Shown piece after piece: positions 1 to 9,469 of a stretch of DNA of 64,000 nt. The notes beneath the pieces are model-generated. The model made no database searches and had not been told where the DNA came from. It worked only from the letters and a program-made list of their open reading frames with translations. The stretch comes from Enterobacterales bacterium (GTDB lineage Bacteria > Pseudomonadota > Gammaproteobacteria > Enterobacterales > GCA-002770795). A program made the translations under genes and the position numbers. The stretch's first letter is position 1. Each line of letters starts with the position of its first letter. Location of the stretch: positions 31,877 to 95,876 of the forward strand of contig JBFFIY010000001.1 in the NCBI GenBank assembly GCA_041556195.1. Reading direction: 5' to 3'.

Positions 1-3000
1 AGCGGTAGTGGTATTTAATAATACCGATGGTAATGTCCCAATTGCTATGGGAGGTACAAGTGAAACAACTATTCCATCAGCGGGTATTTCTCAAAATGCT
101 GGTGCCAGTGTTGTAGAAAGTTTAGCTGTTACCCCAGGTATAGAAGGAACAATAAATACACTACCTAATCTCAACTTTGGACAGGCTGATGATATAGCGA
201 GTTTTTCCTCACGTGGACCGACTAATTTCCCAGACATTATTGTGCCCTCTGTAGCAGCTCCCGGTGTTAGCATTTACGCGGCCTACGCCGATCAACATCG
301 AGGACATGATGTTACTGGTAATTCACCCTCAGATTTAGCCTTCTTAAGTGGCACGTCCATGGCTGGCCCTCATGTGGCTGGTGCCGGTGCATTGCTTAAG
401 TCAGCCCATCCAACATGGACGCCTGATAATATTCGCTCAGCATTAATGATGACAGCTACACAAGATGTCAGAAAAGAAGATGGTGTGACTCCTGCCGATG
501 CACTTGATATGGGTGCTGGCAGGATCCGTGTTGATATGGCAATTAATGCTGGTTTGGTGATGGATGAAACATTCGCAAATTACCAGGCGGCTAACCCGGA
601 TGAAGGTGGTGACCCTACAACGTTGAATATTGCCAGTATGGGTAATGGCGCCTGTCCTAGAACTTGCTCCTGGGAAAGAACATTTACAGCAACCGTTGAT
701 GCAGACTGGACAACTTCCGGGTTCTCTAATACGGGTGGTTTCACTGTAACTGTTTCTCCAGAGAGCTTTTCGTTAGTAGCAGGAGAGACTCAAACGGTCA
801 CAGTAACAGCTGATATGACTGGGTTCTCAACAGGAGAGGCGGCTTTTGGTGGTATTAATTTAACGGCTTCTTCGGCCTCGATTCCTGCAGCTCATCTGCC
901 AATTTATGCTGTGGCTAATACCAGCACGATCCCTGCTATTTTTGAAGCTAATATTAATCGTAGTGCGGGTTCAGTTATTATCCCTGATGTGACTGCTTTG
1001 GAAATCACTGACTTTACTACCAGTACATTTGGTTTGACTAAAGCGACTGTTTCACAATTATTTTCTGTAATGGATAGTGATAATTCTTCAGCTTACGATG
1101 ATATCACTGATGGCCAAACACTGAGTTGGGTGAACTTGTCAGCTGATAGTCTGATGCTGTTGGTTGAACTAGCAAATTCTGAATCACCAGATCTTGATTT
1201 GAGAGTGGGTCTTGACGATGGTGATGGAGTCCCTCAAGAAGATGAAGAAGTCTGTGAAGCGGCGACAGGAGCTGCTAATGAACGCTGTGAAATACCTGAA
1301 GCTGAAGCTGGTAACTATTGGGTGTTAGTACAAAACTGGCAGTCTTCAGGTGAAGATGCAGTTGATGCATATGATCTCTTAACGGGTTATGTTTCGGACC
1401 AATCTCAAGGCAACTTTACCGTATCTGCTCAAAGTAGCAGCATCAGTGAACAAACACCTTTTGATATTCGAGTTATCTATAATGATGATATGGTCGAAGG
1501 TGATGTATTTATTGGCGCCTTTGAGTCAGGTTCTTCAGCTGAAGATGCAGGTAACTTAGGAACTTCGGTTGTTATTCTGAGAAGAGATGCTGATGACGTT
1601 AGTCTTCAAGCAGATGTTGCAGAAGCGGCAGTTGGAGATAAAGTCAATTACACTATTAATGTTGCGCAAAACACTTCTAGAGAAGATCTTACTTATATCC
1701 TTGAAACGACTATTCCTGCGGGCATCACTTTAGATACAGATTCAGTTACTGCCAGTAGTGGTGAGTTGACAGTGGCTGGAAATGGGTTTGTCTGGTCTGG
1801 TGTTCAGGTTTCTGAATTTGGTCCAAATGTTCTAAAGGGTTATAACACCACTGATAACCGTACCGATGCCACTTGTGCTCTACCTGATTTTGGTCAGGGT
1901 GGGGGTTACCTGGATTTAGCCTTATTCGGTATAGGGCCATCAGATGTAGATGGTGATACAACTACCGGTAGTTTTGGTGTAGGTGCTACCTTCCTGGGTG
2001 ATACTTATGATGGCATAACTGTAACTGATGACGGATTTATCTTCTTTTCAGGCTCATCTGGAAGCGCTCCCTGGAATAACCAGTTCCTGCCAGATGCTGC
2101 TGAAGCTAATAATCTGGTCGCTCCTTTCTGGCGAGATATGTTTTTTGATGTTGCCAACGGTAGTACTTTGAGTGTGGCTACAGCTGGGCCAATCACAATT
2201 GTTGAATGGGATGATATGCATCATTGGCAATTTATCAATTCTGGCCCATTTGTAGATGATATTGCTGATTTCCAAGTGGTCTTTGACAATACCAATGGCG
2301 ACATTATGTATGCCTATGACAATGTGACTCATACATTTGGTGATCAATTAGGCGGTACAGTTGGTTGGGAAAATGCAGCTGGTAGCAATGGTGCTAATTA
2401 TGTCTACGTTGGTGCAGATCAAGCAGCAGTGGGTAGTGTCACTGAGATCCAGTCAGGTTTGATTATCTGTAATACATTTTTTAACAATGTGACTCCAGTC
2501 GTTATCAGCTTTAGCGGTACTGTTACCAATGCAGCAGCAGGTGACTCCATTAGCCCTATGGTGACAAGCAGAACCAATAATTTCGGTAGTGTAGAAGCAT
2601 CAACTGGTGATGAAGTTCGAGTTGCAAGTAACCTCGCAATAACGCCAATTGATAATACTTCAATTGCTGAAGATACCATGTTAACTGGTGTTACTGTTGA
2701 AGTAACAGACAATGACGCTGTAGCCAATACCATCACAGTAAGTTCCGATAGTGGAACTCTAAGTGATGTGGTTGATGCAGCATTTGATTTAACACCAGAT
2801 GCAGATTTTTATGGTGATATCACAGTTACTGTCACGGTTACCGATAACGACAAACCAGCTGACTCAACCAGTTCAAGTTTTGTTGTTACCGTAACACCTG
2901 TTAATGATGCTCCCGTTGCGGCTGCTTCATCAACTGGTGGTGATCAGGTTGGTCAGGGGAACCTGAGCTTGAGTGCTGCTGCAAGTTCTGATATAGACGG

Positions 3001-3289
3001 TGATGACCTTACTTTTAGCTGGTCTCAGATTTCTGGCCCTACAGTTACTATGTCGGGTACCAGTAGCGCAAACGCTTCAGTAGGTTCAGAAGACCTGTTA
3101 GCGGGAAGCCTGGAGTTCCAGGTTGTTGTCAGCGATGGTATGCTAACTGATACAGCCACAGTGGTAGTAGCAGTATCAGATCGGGTTGGACGAGATAATG
3201 GACCATTTAATAGTGGTGGTTCTGTTGGATTGTTCCTACTGGGTCTACTGGGTTTAGGTGCTTACGCACGTAGACGCCGAACTATGTAG
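1..3289 (+). CDS. Secreted subtilisin-like (peptidase S8) serine protease, 5' end cut by the window edge. C-terminal PKD/cadherin-like repeats and a GlyGly-CTERM-type sorting tail
   Basis: The frame is open to base 2. Catalytic-Ser motif GTSMAGPHVAG is present, so the Asp/His regions must lie upstream of the window. Repeat signatures VTPVNDAPVA and DIDGDDLTFSWSQISGP. Tail SGGSVGLFLLGLLGLGAYARRRR = Gly-Gly + TM helix + Arg cluster. Confidence 0.85.
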   Translation, partial: AVVVFNNTDGNVPIAMGGTSETTIPSAGISQNAGASVVESLAVTPGIEGTINTLPNLNFGQADDIASFSSRGPTNFPDIIVPSVAAPGVSIYAAYADQHRGHDVTGNSPSDLAFLSGTSMAGPHVAGAGALLKSAHPTWTPDNIRSALMMTATQDVRKEDGVTPADALDMGAGRIRVDMAINAGLVMDETFANYQAANPDEGGDPTTLNIASMGNGACPRTCSWERTFTATVDADWTTSGFSNTGGFTVTVSPESFSLVAGETQTVTVTADMTGFSTGEAAFGGINLTASSASIPAAHLPIYAVANTSTIPAIFEANINRSAGSVIIPDVTALEITDFTTSTFGLTKATVSQLFSVMDSDNSSAYDDITDGQTLSWVNLSADSLMLLVELANSESPDLDLRVGLDDGDGVPQEDEEVCEAATGAANERCEIPEAEAGNYWVLVQNWQSSGEDAVDAYDLLTGYVSDQSQGNFTVSAQSSSISEQTPFDIRVIYNDDMVEGDVFIGAFESGSSAEDAGNLGTSVVILRRDADDVSLQADVAEAAVGDKVNYTINVAQNTSREDLTYILETTIPAGITLDTDSVTASSGELTVAGNGFVWSGVQVSEFGPNVLKGYNTTDNRTDATCALPDFGQGGGYLDLALFGIGPSDVDGDTTTGSFGVGATFLGDTYDGITVTDDGFIFFSGSSGSAPWNNQFLPDAAEANNLVAPFWRDMFFDVANGSTLSVATAGPITIVEWDDMHHWQFINSGPFVDDIADFQVVFDNTNGDIMYAYDNVTHTFGDQLGGTVGWENAAGSNGANYVYVGADQAAVGSVTEIQSGLIICNTFFNNVTPVVISFSGTVTNAAAGDSISPMVTSRTNNFGSVEASTGDEVRVASNLAITPIDNTSIAEDTMLTGVTVEVTDNDAVANTITVSSDSGTLSDVVDAAFDLTPDADFYGDITVTVTVTDNDKPADSTSSSFVVTVTPVNDAPVAAASSTGGDQVGQGNLSLSAAASSDIDGDDLTFSWSQISGPTVTMSGTSSANASVGSEDLLAGSLEFQVVVSDGMLTDTATVVVAVSDRVGRDNGPFNSGGSVGLFLLGLLGLGAYARRRRTM

Positions 3290-3309
3290 TATTTTCCGTT
3301 AGGGAATTA

Positions 3310-3339
3310 AAAAGGGGCTGCTTTGCAGCCCCTTTTTTT
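3310..3339 (+). terminator. Rho-independent terminator of the protease gene
   Basis: 8-bp GC-rich stem ggggctgc/gcagcccc (3314-3321 / 3325-3332) with a 3-nt loop, followed by a T7 run. Confidence 0.8.
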
Positions 3340-3346
3340 GTTTGAA

Positions 3347-3593
3347 GATGAGAGTTGAGAGTTGCGAGACAAAAATGTAGGAGCAATTTTTGAACAGCTT
3401 TAGCTGGCCCGAAGGGGGAGCAACACGGATGTTGTGAATCTCCGAGTTACGAGATGCGAGATGTGAGATGTGAGATGCTCAAATTGTTGTTCTGCAAAAA
3501 CATATATCTTTCCTTAATTCCAATTTATGATCGCTCCCTTTAATTGGTGTGGAAAGAGGCTTTTTCTCGCATCTCGTACCTCGAACCTCGCAT
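3347..3593. repeat. Three blocks of tandem heptamers. Blocks 2 and 3 are in inverted orientation
   Basis: 3347-3370 gagagtt gagagtt gcgagac. 3444-3480 gagttac gagatgc gagatgt gagatgt gagatgc. 3566-3593 ctcgcat ctcgtac ctcgaac ctcgcat, the reverse-complement type. Confidence 0.7.
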
Positions 3594-3630
3594 TTGGCAG
3601 GATTAGACGAATATTTGTCTTATAAATGAC
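3593..3630 (+). promoter_or_regulatory. Conserved ~38-nt motif, copy 1 (TTTGGCAGGATTAGACGAA..GTCTTA..AATGAC)
   Basis: Near-identical core TTGGCAGGATT(A/T)GAC..GTCT(T/G)A..ATG(A/C) recurs at 3939-3975 and 9470-9508, all on the + strand. Confidence 0.5.
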
Positions 3631-3725
3631 AATAGAGTTTAAAGAAAAAGATTAATATGCACTTGTTTTCAAGGTTAATCCCTTTTAAACATCTCCTTAT
3701 TGATTTTATCAATAGATGTAGGGGC

Positions 3726-3821
3726 GGTGGAAATGTCAGGTTATAAGCGGAGCATGATAATGCTTACCCTTAATAAGCTTTATCTACAAAAGCTGACTAA
3801 ACTGACATTTCCACCTTTTTT
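3726..3821 (+). ncRNA. Candidate structured small RNA or complex intrinsic terminator
   Basis: Perfect 14-bp closing helix ggtggaaatgtcag (3726-3739) / ctgacatttccacc (3802-3815) enclosing two smaller hairpins (agcat..tgct; agcttt..aaagct), followed by T6. It lies ~100 nt downstream of motif copy 1 in an ORF-free region. Confidence 0.35.
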
Positions 3822-3938
3822 AGCCTCAAATCTGCCTGCCAGCCGGTAACCTTTCATTAATGTGTAATATTACCAATATGCCCTTTTGTGTTGCATGAAA
3901 TTTATTCAATTGTTAGTATCGCGGCCTCAAATAACCTA

Positions 3939-3975
3939 TTTTGGCAGGATTAGACGAAAAAAAGTCTGAATGACG
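3939..3975 (+). promoter_or_regulatory. Conserved motif, copy 2
   Basis: ttttggcaggattagacgaaaaaaagtctgaatgacg. A 17-codon mini-ORF with an AAGGGGA Shine-Dalgarno starts ~115 nt downstream (4092-4145). Confidence 0.5.
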
Positions 3976-4401
3976 ACAAAAAATTTCAACAACTGCTGTT
4001 AAAGTTTACATCAACTTGGAGCCCACACTTAACTGCGGGATCCAGGTTAAACAAACAACATTTGTTTTTTTCGTCAATTTTTAAGGGGAATATGATGAAA
4101 GACTTCAATGGTGCATTTATCTTTGCAGATAAACGCCGTCAATAATAGTCTTCCTAATTATTTTATTCAGATAAAACTCAAGCTGACCGTTTAAGGCCTG
4201 GTTTAGGTTTTCTTATCTACAATGATAAGCATCTGAATAATCCAATTGAATGATTAACTTATTAAGTTGATATGACGTTTCAAAACTCTCTTTAACCTCA
4301 GCTCGGGATAAGACAGGTCAGTAAATTACATTAAACACATAAATTTCAATAAATTACAGTAGTTTATATTTTACACATGTCAATAATTGGCTTAATGCTG
4401 G

Positions 4402-4443
4402 GATTTTTGTGCTTTTTAGCGTTACCTGAAAAGCACAAAAATC
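4402..4443. repeat. Perfect 15-bp inverted repeat (hairpin) upstream of a small ORF
   Basis: gatttttgtgctttt (4402-4416) / aaaagcacaaaaatc (4429-4443) with a 12-nt loop and no T-tract after it. Confidence 0.6.
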
Positions 4444-4515
4444 GCTGTATTGAGGGGCGTAGCTTATCCAGAGTTGAGGTTATTTAAAGTGGCTATAGAT
4501 ACAGAGGTGCTATTA

Positions 4516-4773
4516 ATGAAAATGATTAAGGTGATTTTGTTTGAGGAGGCTGCAATGTTTGGCAAGGTAGCTTCGGTTGTAAACAGCCAACAAATTTTTT
4601 CTAGATATGAAGAAGCGGTTGCTTTTTGTTCTCAACCCGATATTTACCGCTTTAGTGTGGAACAAAGATTTAGCTATATGCGGTCTTTCTATACTGTACA
4701 ATGTGAGGACCGGGGGGAGATTATAGTACCCCCTGATTCAGAGCTACCACGACCGCCTCCACCTAAAAAATAA
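4516..4773 (+). CDS. Hypothetical small protein (85 aa from the ATG with an SD; the track ORF begins at TTG 4450)
   Basis: AGAGGTG lies 8 nt before ATG 4516. Proline-rich C-terminus (PRPPPPKK). No recognisable family. Confidence 0.35.
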   Translation: MKMIKVILFEEAAMFGKVASVVNSQQIFSRYEEAVAFCSQPDIYRFSVEQRFSYMRSFYTVQCEDRGEIIVPPDSELPRPPPPKK

Positions 4774-4918
4774 ATATAAGTGAAAATTATTATTTGATAA
4801 GTGATAAACGCTCAGAATTATGAATTCAAATTTCAACAAGGCATTGCGGTATTAGTTATTAACAGGTACCGTCATTGTTTACTACTAAACTACGGATATT
4901 ATTGATCACATCTATTTA

Positions 4919-7900
4919 ATGGTTAAAATGACAAACAACTTCCACCTATTCTTCCTCAGTTTATTTTTTATCCTGATTTCTCAAAAGGTGAATTCCAATG
5001 CCATTTCAACAATAAACAGATCACAGATAGACACTGTAACTGCAAATAATTCACACATAATTAGATCGGCCCTGGATAGCTTTTTTGAAACAACTTATCG
5101 TTTTCAACAACTTCCCCAGGCTAAACAACTATCACATCTCGCCATTAATGATATTATTCAGGATCAAGAAGGTTTTATCTGGATAGCCACTAAGGATGGT
5201 TTGAATCGTTATGATGGTAATAATATTGTCGTCTATCGACCATCCTCAAACAATAATCGATTTTTAAGCCATTTTTATATCAACTGTTTATGGTTAGACA
5301 ATCAGGGAAAACTCTGGGTCGGAACTCAAAATGGGTTAAATCGCTACAATGCTAAGTTAGATAACTTTGAATTGTTTGGATTTTCAGGTTTGTTTGTCAC
5401 TTCCATTTTTGAAGATTCGAATCATCAATTATGGATAGGAACACGTAATAACGGAGCAAGTCTAATATCAGCTGACCGTACAACAATAGAACCCATTCAG
5501 TTCAATAATAACACATCAAATTCAAACGCACTTCTTGTATCCAAATTCACCGAAACTCCCAACCATAAAATATTGATAGCAACTCACCGTGGATTGTTGA
5601 TATTTAATAAAGAGCTAAACCAGTTAGAATATACTCAAATAGCCAACAAGAAAGATGAGAGTCTTTTACATAAATATACCACTCAATTATTATCTATTGA
5701 TAGAGAAAGAATTTTGGTGGGAACAAGAAGTGGGCTTTATCTGTTTGATCTTACTACAGGGAGCTATTCTGAATTATTTACAAAAATATTTAACAACAGA
5801 GACATTACCACCATCAATAAAATTGATACTGACAATATATTGGTTGGAACTAGTAATTCAGGATTATTTTTAATCAATTTGATTGCTCAAACTTATCAGT
5901 CATTTCATAAATCATCTTCAAATAAATTCGCAATTAGCAATAATCAAATCACATCCATTTTCCAATCAAACGATGGTTTAATCTGGATAGGAACGGCTGT
6001 GGGCATCAATATTCTCGATATCAGTTTGCAGACTTTTGGTCATGTTCAATCAACAAAAAATATCGAAAACTGTCTGGCTGGAAACATTATTTATGCCATC
6101 TTACATGATTCAAATAATGTACTGTGGATAGGATCCTTTGGACAGGCTTTGCATAAAATTGATTTTAAAAAAGGGACTTGTGAAAAAATCACTGACATCA
6201 ATAACTCTTCAACCGGCACTATCCCTAAAAAAACATCCCTTAAAAATGTGGTTTCTTTATTTGAGGATGAACATGGCGATATTTGGATTGGAACTCTCAA
6301 TGATGGTATTTATCGCTACCATCCACAGCAGGATAAATATGAGTTTTATCATATTATCTCAATTGTAAATTCAACAGAAAAAATAAAATTAGATGTTATT
6401 AAAGATATTAGTGGTAACTTAATGGGTAAAATTTGGATAGCTACCTTTCTACAAGGATTAATCGAATTCGATTTAAAAAAACAGCTCTTTTCACAGCACA
6501 TACCCACGAAAAAGGGAAATTCAGATAGTGATGACATTTTCGTCAAAGCGTTAAATAAAGTATCTATTGATAACAGTGGCAGTCTGTGGGTTACTACTTA
6601 TGCTCAGGGATTATGGAAATACATTTCGAAAAATGGAAATTTCATTCAGATCCAGCCCAAGGGTAAAGATACACCTCTTATTCCCAAACGACTCTACTCC
6701 ATTGATATAGACAAACAAAACACCATCTGGATAGGCTCTCAAGGCGAAGGTCTGTTCCGTTATAACCCTGAAACCGAGAAAACTACCCGTTATTCCATGG
6801 AAGATGGCTTGTTAAGCAATGTCATCTGGAAAACCATTGAGGATGCTGATGGCAATATCTGGATTTTTACCGAAAAAGGTTTATCTCGTCTTTCATTTCC
6901 CAGTGAAAAAATCGATACCTTTCTGGAAAGCGATGGTTTGCAGGCTGATGCTTTCACTCCTGCGGGTTCTTTTAATGAAAAACACCAGATCTTATGGACT
7001 GGCGGCATAAACGGTATTAATCATTTTAACCCTAAGGATATTGTTAAAAACAACCCCAGCAGAAAAGTAATCATTAATGATTTTGAACTGTTTTATCAGT
7101 CGGTAAAACCTAAACACCTTGCTCCAGATTCCCCCTTGGAACAGATGATTAATACCACTGAGTCAATCGATTTAAATTACGATCAGAATGTGTTTGCTTT
7201 CTCTTTTTCTGCGTTGGAATTTTTGCATCCTGAACGCATTAGTTATCAATTTAAACTGGAGGGGTATGATCAGAAATGGAATGAGGTGAGTTCGGATAGA
7301 CGTTATTCTAATTACACTAATATTGATCCGGGTAACTATACGTTTCGTGTTAAGGCTTCCAATATTGATGGTCTCTGGAATGGTCCTGAAACCAGTATTG
7401 ATATTTCAGTGGCTACACCCTGGTGGCAAACTCCCTGGGTTTATGCAAGTTATGTTATTTTGACTTTGCTGAGTATTTATTTTTTGGTGGTTTATCGTAC
7501 CCGTGCGTTAACTAAACGCTCACAGGAGCTGGAAAAATCGGTTCAGATCCGAACCGAAGAGCTGGCGACAGAAAAAGATAAGGTTGAACAACTCCTATCC
7601 AAAAAGAATGAAGAGTTTGCTAATGTCTCTCATGAATTTAGAACGCCTTTAACGCTTATTTTAGGCCCTGTTGCACAGATGTTAAGAAACCATCCCAGTG
7701 AGCAGGAAATTGCCCGATTAAATATCGTGCAAAGAAACGGCTATCGTCTATTGCGCATGGTTGATCAACTGCTAAACCTTGAAACCTTCCGCATTAAAGC
7801 CATTACTCAAAAGTCCCCCCAGCCCACGGGAAAAATCATTCGCCTTCTTACAGAAGCTTTTGCGGATTTAGCCGAAGAGAAAAACATACAGCTCAGTATT

Positions 7901-9238
7901 AAAAACATAGCTGAGGTGAATTTTGAATTTACCAATGATGCCCTGGAAAAGATTGTACTGAATCTCCTCTCTAATGCCATTAAATACAGCAAAGCCGGGG
8001 ACAGTATTAGCGTTGAAACCACTCGCACTTCAAATAATGAACTGAGTATTCAAGTTGTTGATACAGGCATTGGTATTCCTGCGGATAAACTTGATACCAT
8101 TTTTGAACGTTATAACCGTGTGCTGGATGAAAATAGCGAACAGGTGACTGGTGCAGGTATTGGCCTGGCGTTGGTAAAAAGTCTGGTGGAAGCCCATCAG
8201 GGACGTATTGATATTCAAAGTGAGTTGGGTAAAGGCACCCAAATCACTGTCTATTTACCCATTATTGGTGAAGTGGATGATAGCCAGGTGAGTTTGCATG
8301 CCAATGCTGAAATTGTGGCCATGGAGCTGATGGGGTTAACCAATCAAGGGGCCAGTTCTTCTGCCGAACAAAACCAAACGGAACAAAAACAGGAGTTAGA
8401 ACCTTCTCTTCAAGACCATCTTCTTCAGGTGAATCAAAAAACCAGTGTATTGGTAATTGAAGATAATGCGGATATGCGAAACTATATTGTTTCCAGCATC
8501 GAAGATGATTATCAAATTCTGACCGCAAGAGATGGTGCAGAGGGTCTTGAAATTGCCACTGCTGAAGTACCTGATTTAATCATTAGTGATGTGATGATGC
8601 CTAAAATGGACGGTTATGAAACCACGCACAGACTTAGAAGCAATGAGATTACCAATCATATTCCTATTATTCTGCTGACAGCACGGGGTGATAGAGAAAG
8701 TCGTTTAAAAGGCTGGCAAAACAAGGCCGATGAATATTTAACCAAACCCTTTGATGTTGAAGAGTTAAAAATTCGCTTAAAGAACCTTTTAGAAATCAGG
8801 AATATCCTCAAAAACCGTTTTGGTGAAATTGCATTCCAACCGCCAAAACAAGGGCAAGGGCAAAAACACCAACTCGTTCAAGAGATTGATGCATCTAGTA
8901 CCGAAGACAACATCGGCTTGCAACAGGAACAATTTATTACAAAGTTAAATGATATTCTGGAACCTCTTTATGCTGAACCTTCAACCACTGTTGCTATGAT
9001 AGCCTCTGAAGTTGCTATGAGTGAAAGGCAGTTTTTCAGGAAGTTAAAAAGTATTCTTAATATAACTCCCTCAGAATACATGAGACGTTATCGGCTGGAA
9101 AAATCAAAAACCATTTTAGATGAAGGCCATAGCATTCAATATGCAGCCATGGAAGTTGGTTTTGGAACTCAAAGTCATTTTGGACGATGTTTTAAGGCAC
9201 AATTTGGATGTTCGCCTAAGGACTATAAAAGTAGTTAA
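4919..9238 (+). CDS. Hybrid two-component system protein: periplasmic beta-propeller repeats + Y_Y_Y domain, TM helix, HisKA/HATPase kinase, receiver domain and AraC-type HTH
   Basis: Signal peptide. Repeated (W/L)WIGT..GL.R(Y/F) propeller motifs. YQFKLEGYDQKWN (Y_Y_Y). H-box FANVSHEFRTPL. G-boxes DTGIGI / GAGIGL. Receiver DLIISDVMMPKMDG..KPF. C-terminal AraC HTH (QSHFGRCFKAQFGCSPKDY). Confidence 0.9.
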   Translation: MVKMTNNFHLFFLSLFFILISQKVNSNAISTINRSQIDTVTANNSHIIRSALDSFFETTYRFQQLPQAKQLSHLAINDIIQDQEGFIWIATKDGLNRYDGNNIVVYRPSSNNNRFLSHFYINCLWLDNQGKLWVGTQNGLNRYNAKLDNFELFGFSGLFVTSIFEDSNHQLWIGTRNNGASLISADRTTIEPIQFNNNTSNSNALLVSKFTETPNHKILIATHRGLLIFNKELNQLEYTQIANKKDESLLHKYTTQLLSIDRERILVGTRSGLYLFDLTTGSYSELFTKIFNNRDITTINKIDTDNILVGTSNSGLFLINLIAQTYQSFHKSSSNKFAISNNQITSIFQSNDGLIWIGTAVGINILDISLQTFGHVQSTKNIENCLAGNIIYAILHDSNNVLWIGSFGQALHKIDFKKGTCEKITDINNSSTGTIPKKTSLKNVVSLFEDEHGDIWIGTLNDGIYRYHPQQDKYEFYHIISIVNSTEKIKLDVIKDISGNLMGKIWIATFLQGLIEFDLKKQLFSQHIPTKKGNSDSDDIFVKALNKVSIDNSGSLWVTTYAQGLWKYISKNGNFIQIQPKGKDTPLIPKRLYSIDIDKQNTIWIGSQGEGLFRYNPETEKTTRYSMEDGLLSNVIWKTIEDADGNIWIFTEKGLSRLSFPSEKIDTFLESDGLQADAFTPAGSFNEKHQILWTGGINGINHFNPKDIVKNNPSRKVIINDFELFYQSVKPKHLAPDSPLEQMINTTESIDLNYDQNVFAFSFSALEFLHPERISYQFKLEGYDQKWNEVSSDRRYSNYTNIDPGNYTFRVKASNIDGLWNGPETSIDISVATPWWQTPWVYASYVILTLLSIYFLVVYRTRALTKRSQELEKSVQIRTEELATEKDKVEQLLSKKNEEFANVSHEFRTPLTLILGPVAQMLRNHPSEQEIARLNIVQRNGYRLLRMVDQLLNLETFRIKAITQKSPQPTGKIIRLLTEAFADLAEEKNIQLSIKNIAEVNFEFTNDALEKIVLNLLSNAIKYSKAGDSISVETTRTSNNELSIQVVDTGIGIPADKLDTIFERYNRVLDENSEQVTGAGIGLALVKSLVEAHQGRIDIQSELGKGTQITVYLPIIGEVDDSQVSLHANAEIVAMELMGLTNQGASSSAEQNQTEQKQELEPSLQDHLLQVNQKTSVLVIEDNADMRNYIVSSIEDDYQILTARDGAEGLEIATAEVPDLIISDVMMPKMDGYETTHRLRSNEITNHIPIILLTARGDRESRLKGWQNKADEYLTKPFDVEELKIRLKNLLEIRNILKNRFGEIAFQPPKQGQGQKHQLVQEIDASSTEDNIGLQQEQFITKLNDILEPLYAEPSTTVAMIASEVAMSERQFFRKLKSILNITPSEYMRRYRLEKSKTILDEGHSIQYAAMEVGFGTQSHFGRCFKAQFGCSPKDYKSS

Positions 9239-9469
9239 GTAGCTCCACGGCAATTGTTTATCTCCATGGATGGAGAAATTAACTGCTATGCCATCCATGG
9301 TAATAAGTGCAGTCGAAGGAGCTATTTTCTGTCGTATTCAAACTAAAATGTAAGTACTCACTTTTTTGATCTTAAACTAAAAATAAATTCATCCTTTCAA
9401 ATTTCACTTCGAAGCATTCTCAACTGAATTTTTCACTTTTTAATCAAAAAATTTAATGAAATTTGTGCA

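Noticed and set aside
91-2736. Minus-strand ORFs inside the protease gene (91-273, 1746-1961, 2005-2196, 2054-2347, 2419-2736)
   Set aside because: They are fully nested antisense to a long, motif-rich CDS. They have no SD or family signal and look like typical shadow ORFs. The same reasoning applies to the other short antisense or out-of-frame track ORFs inside the HTCS, dtp, GGDEF/EAL, rsmF, putA, pit, folP, nuo, rdrA/rdrB, kynU and Imm22-like genes.
3593-3630. Reading the TGGCAGG motif as a sigma-54 (-24/-12) promoter
   Set aside because: The GG is present, but 10 nt downstream there is GA (TTAGA/TTTGA) rather than the conserved TTGC. No enhancer-binding-protein gene is adjacent.
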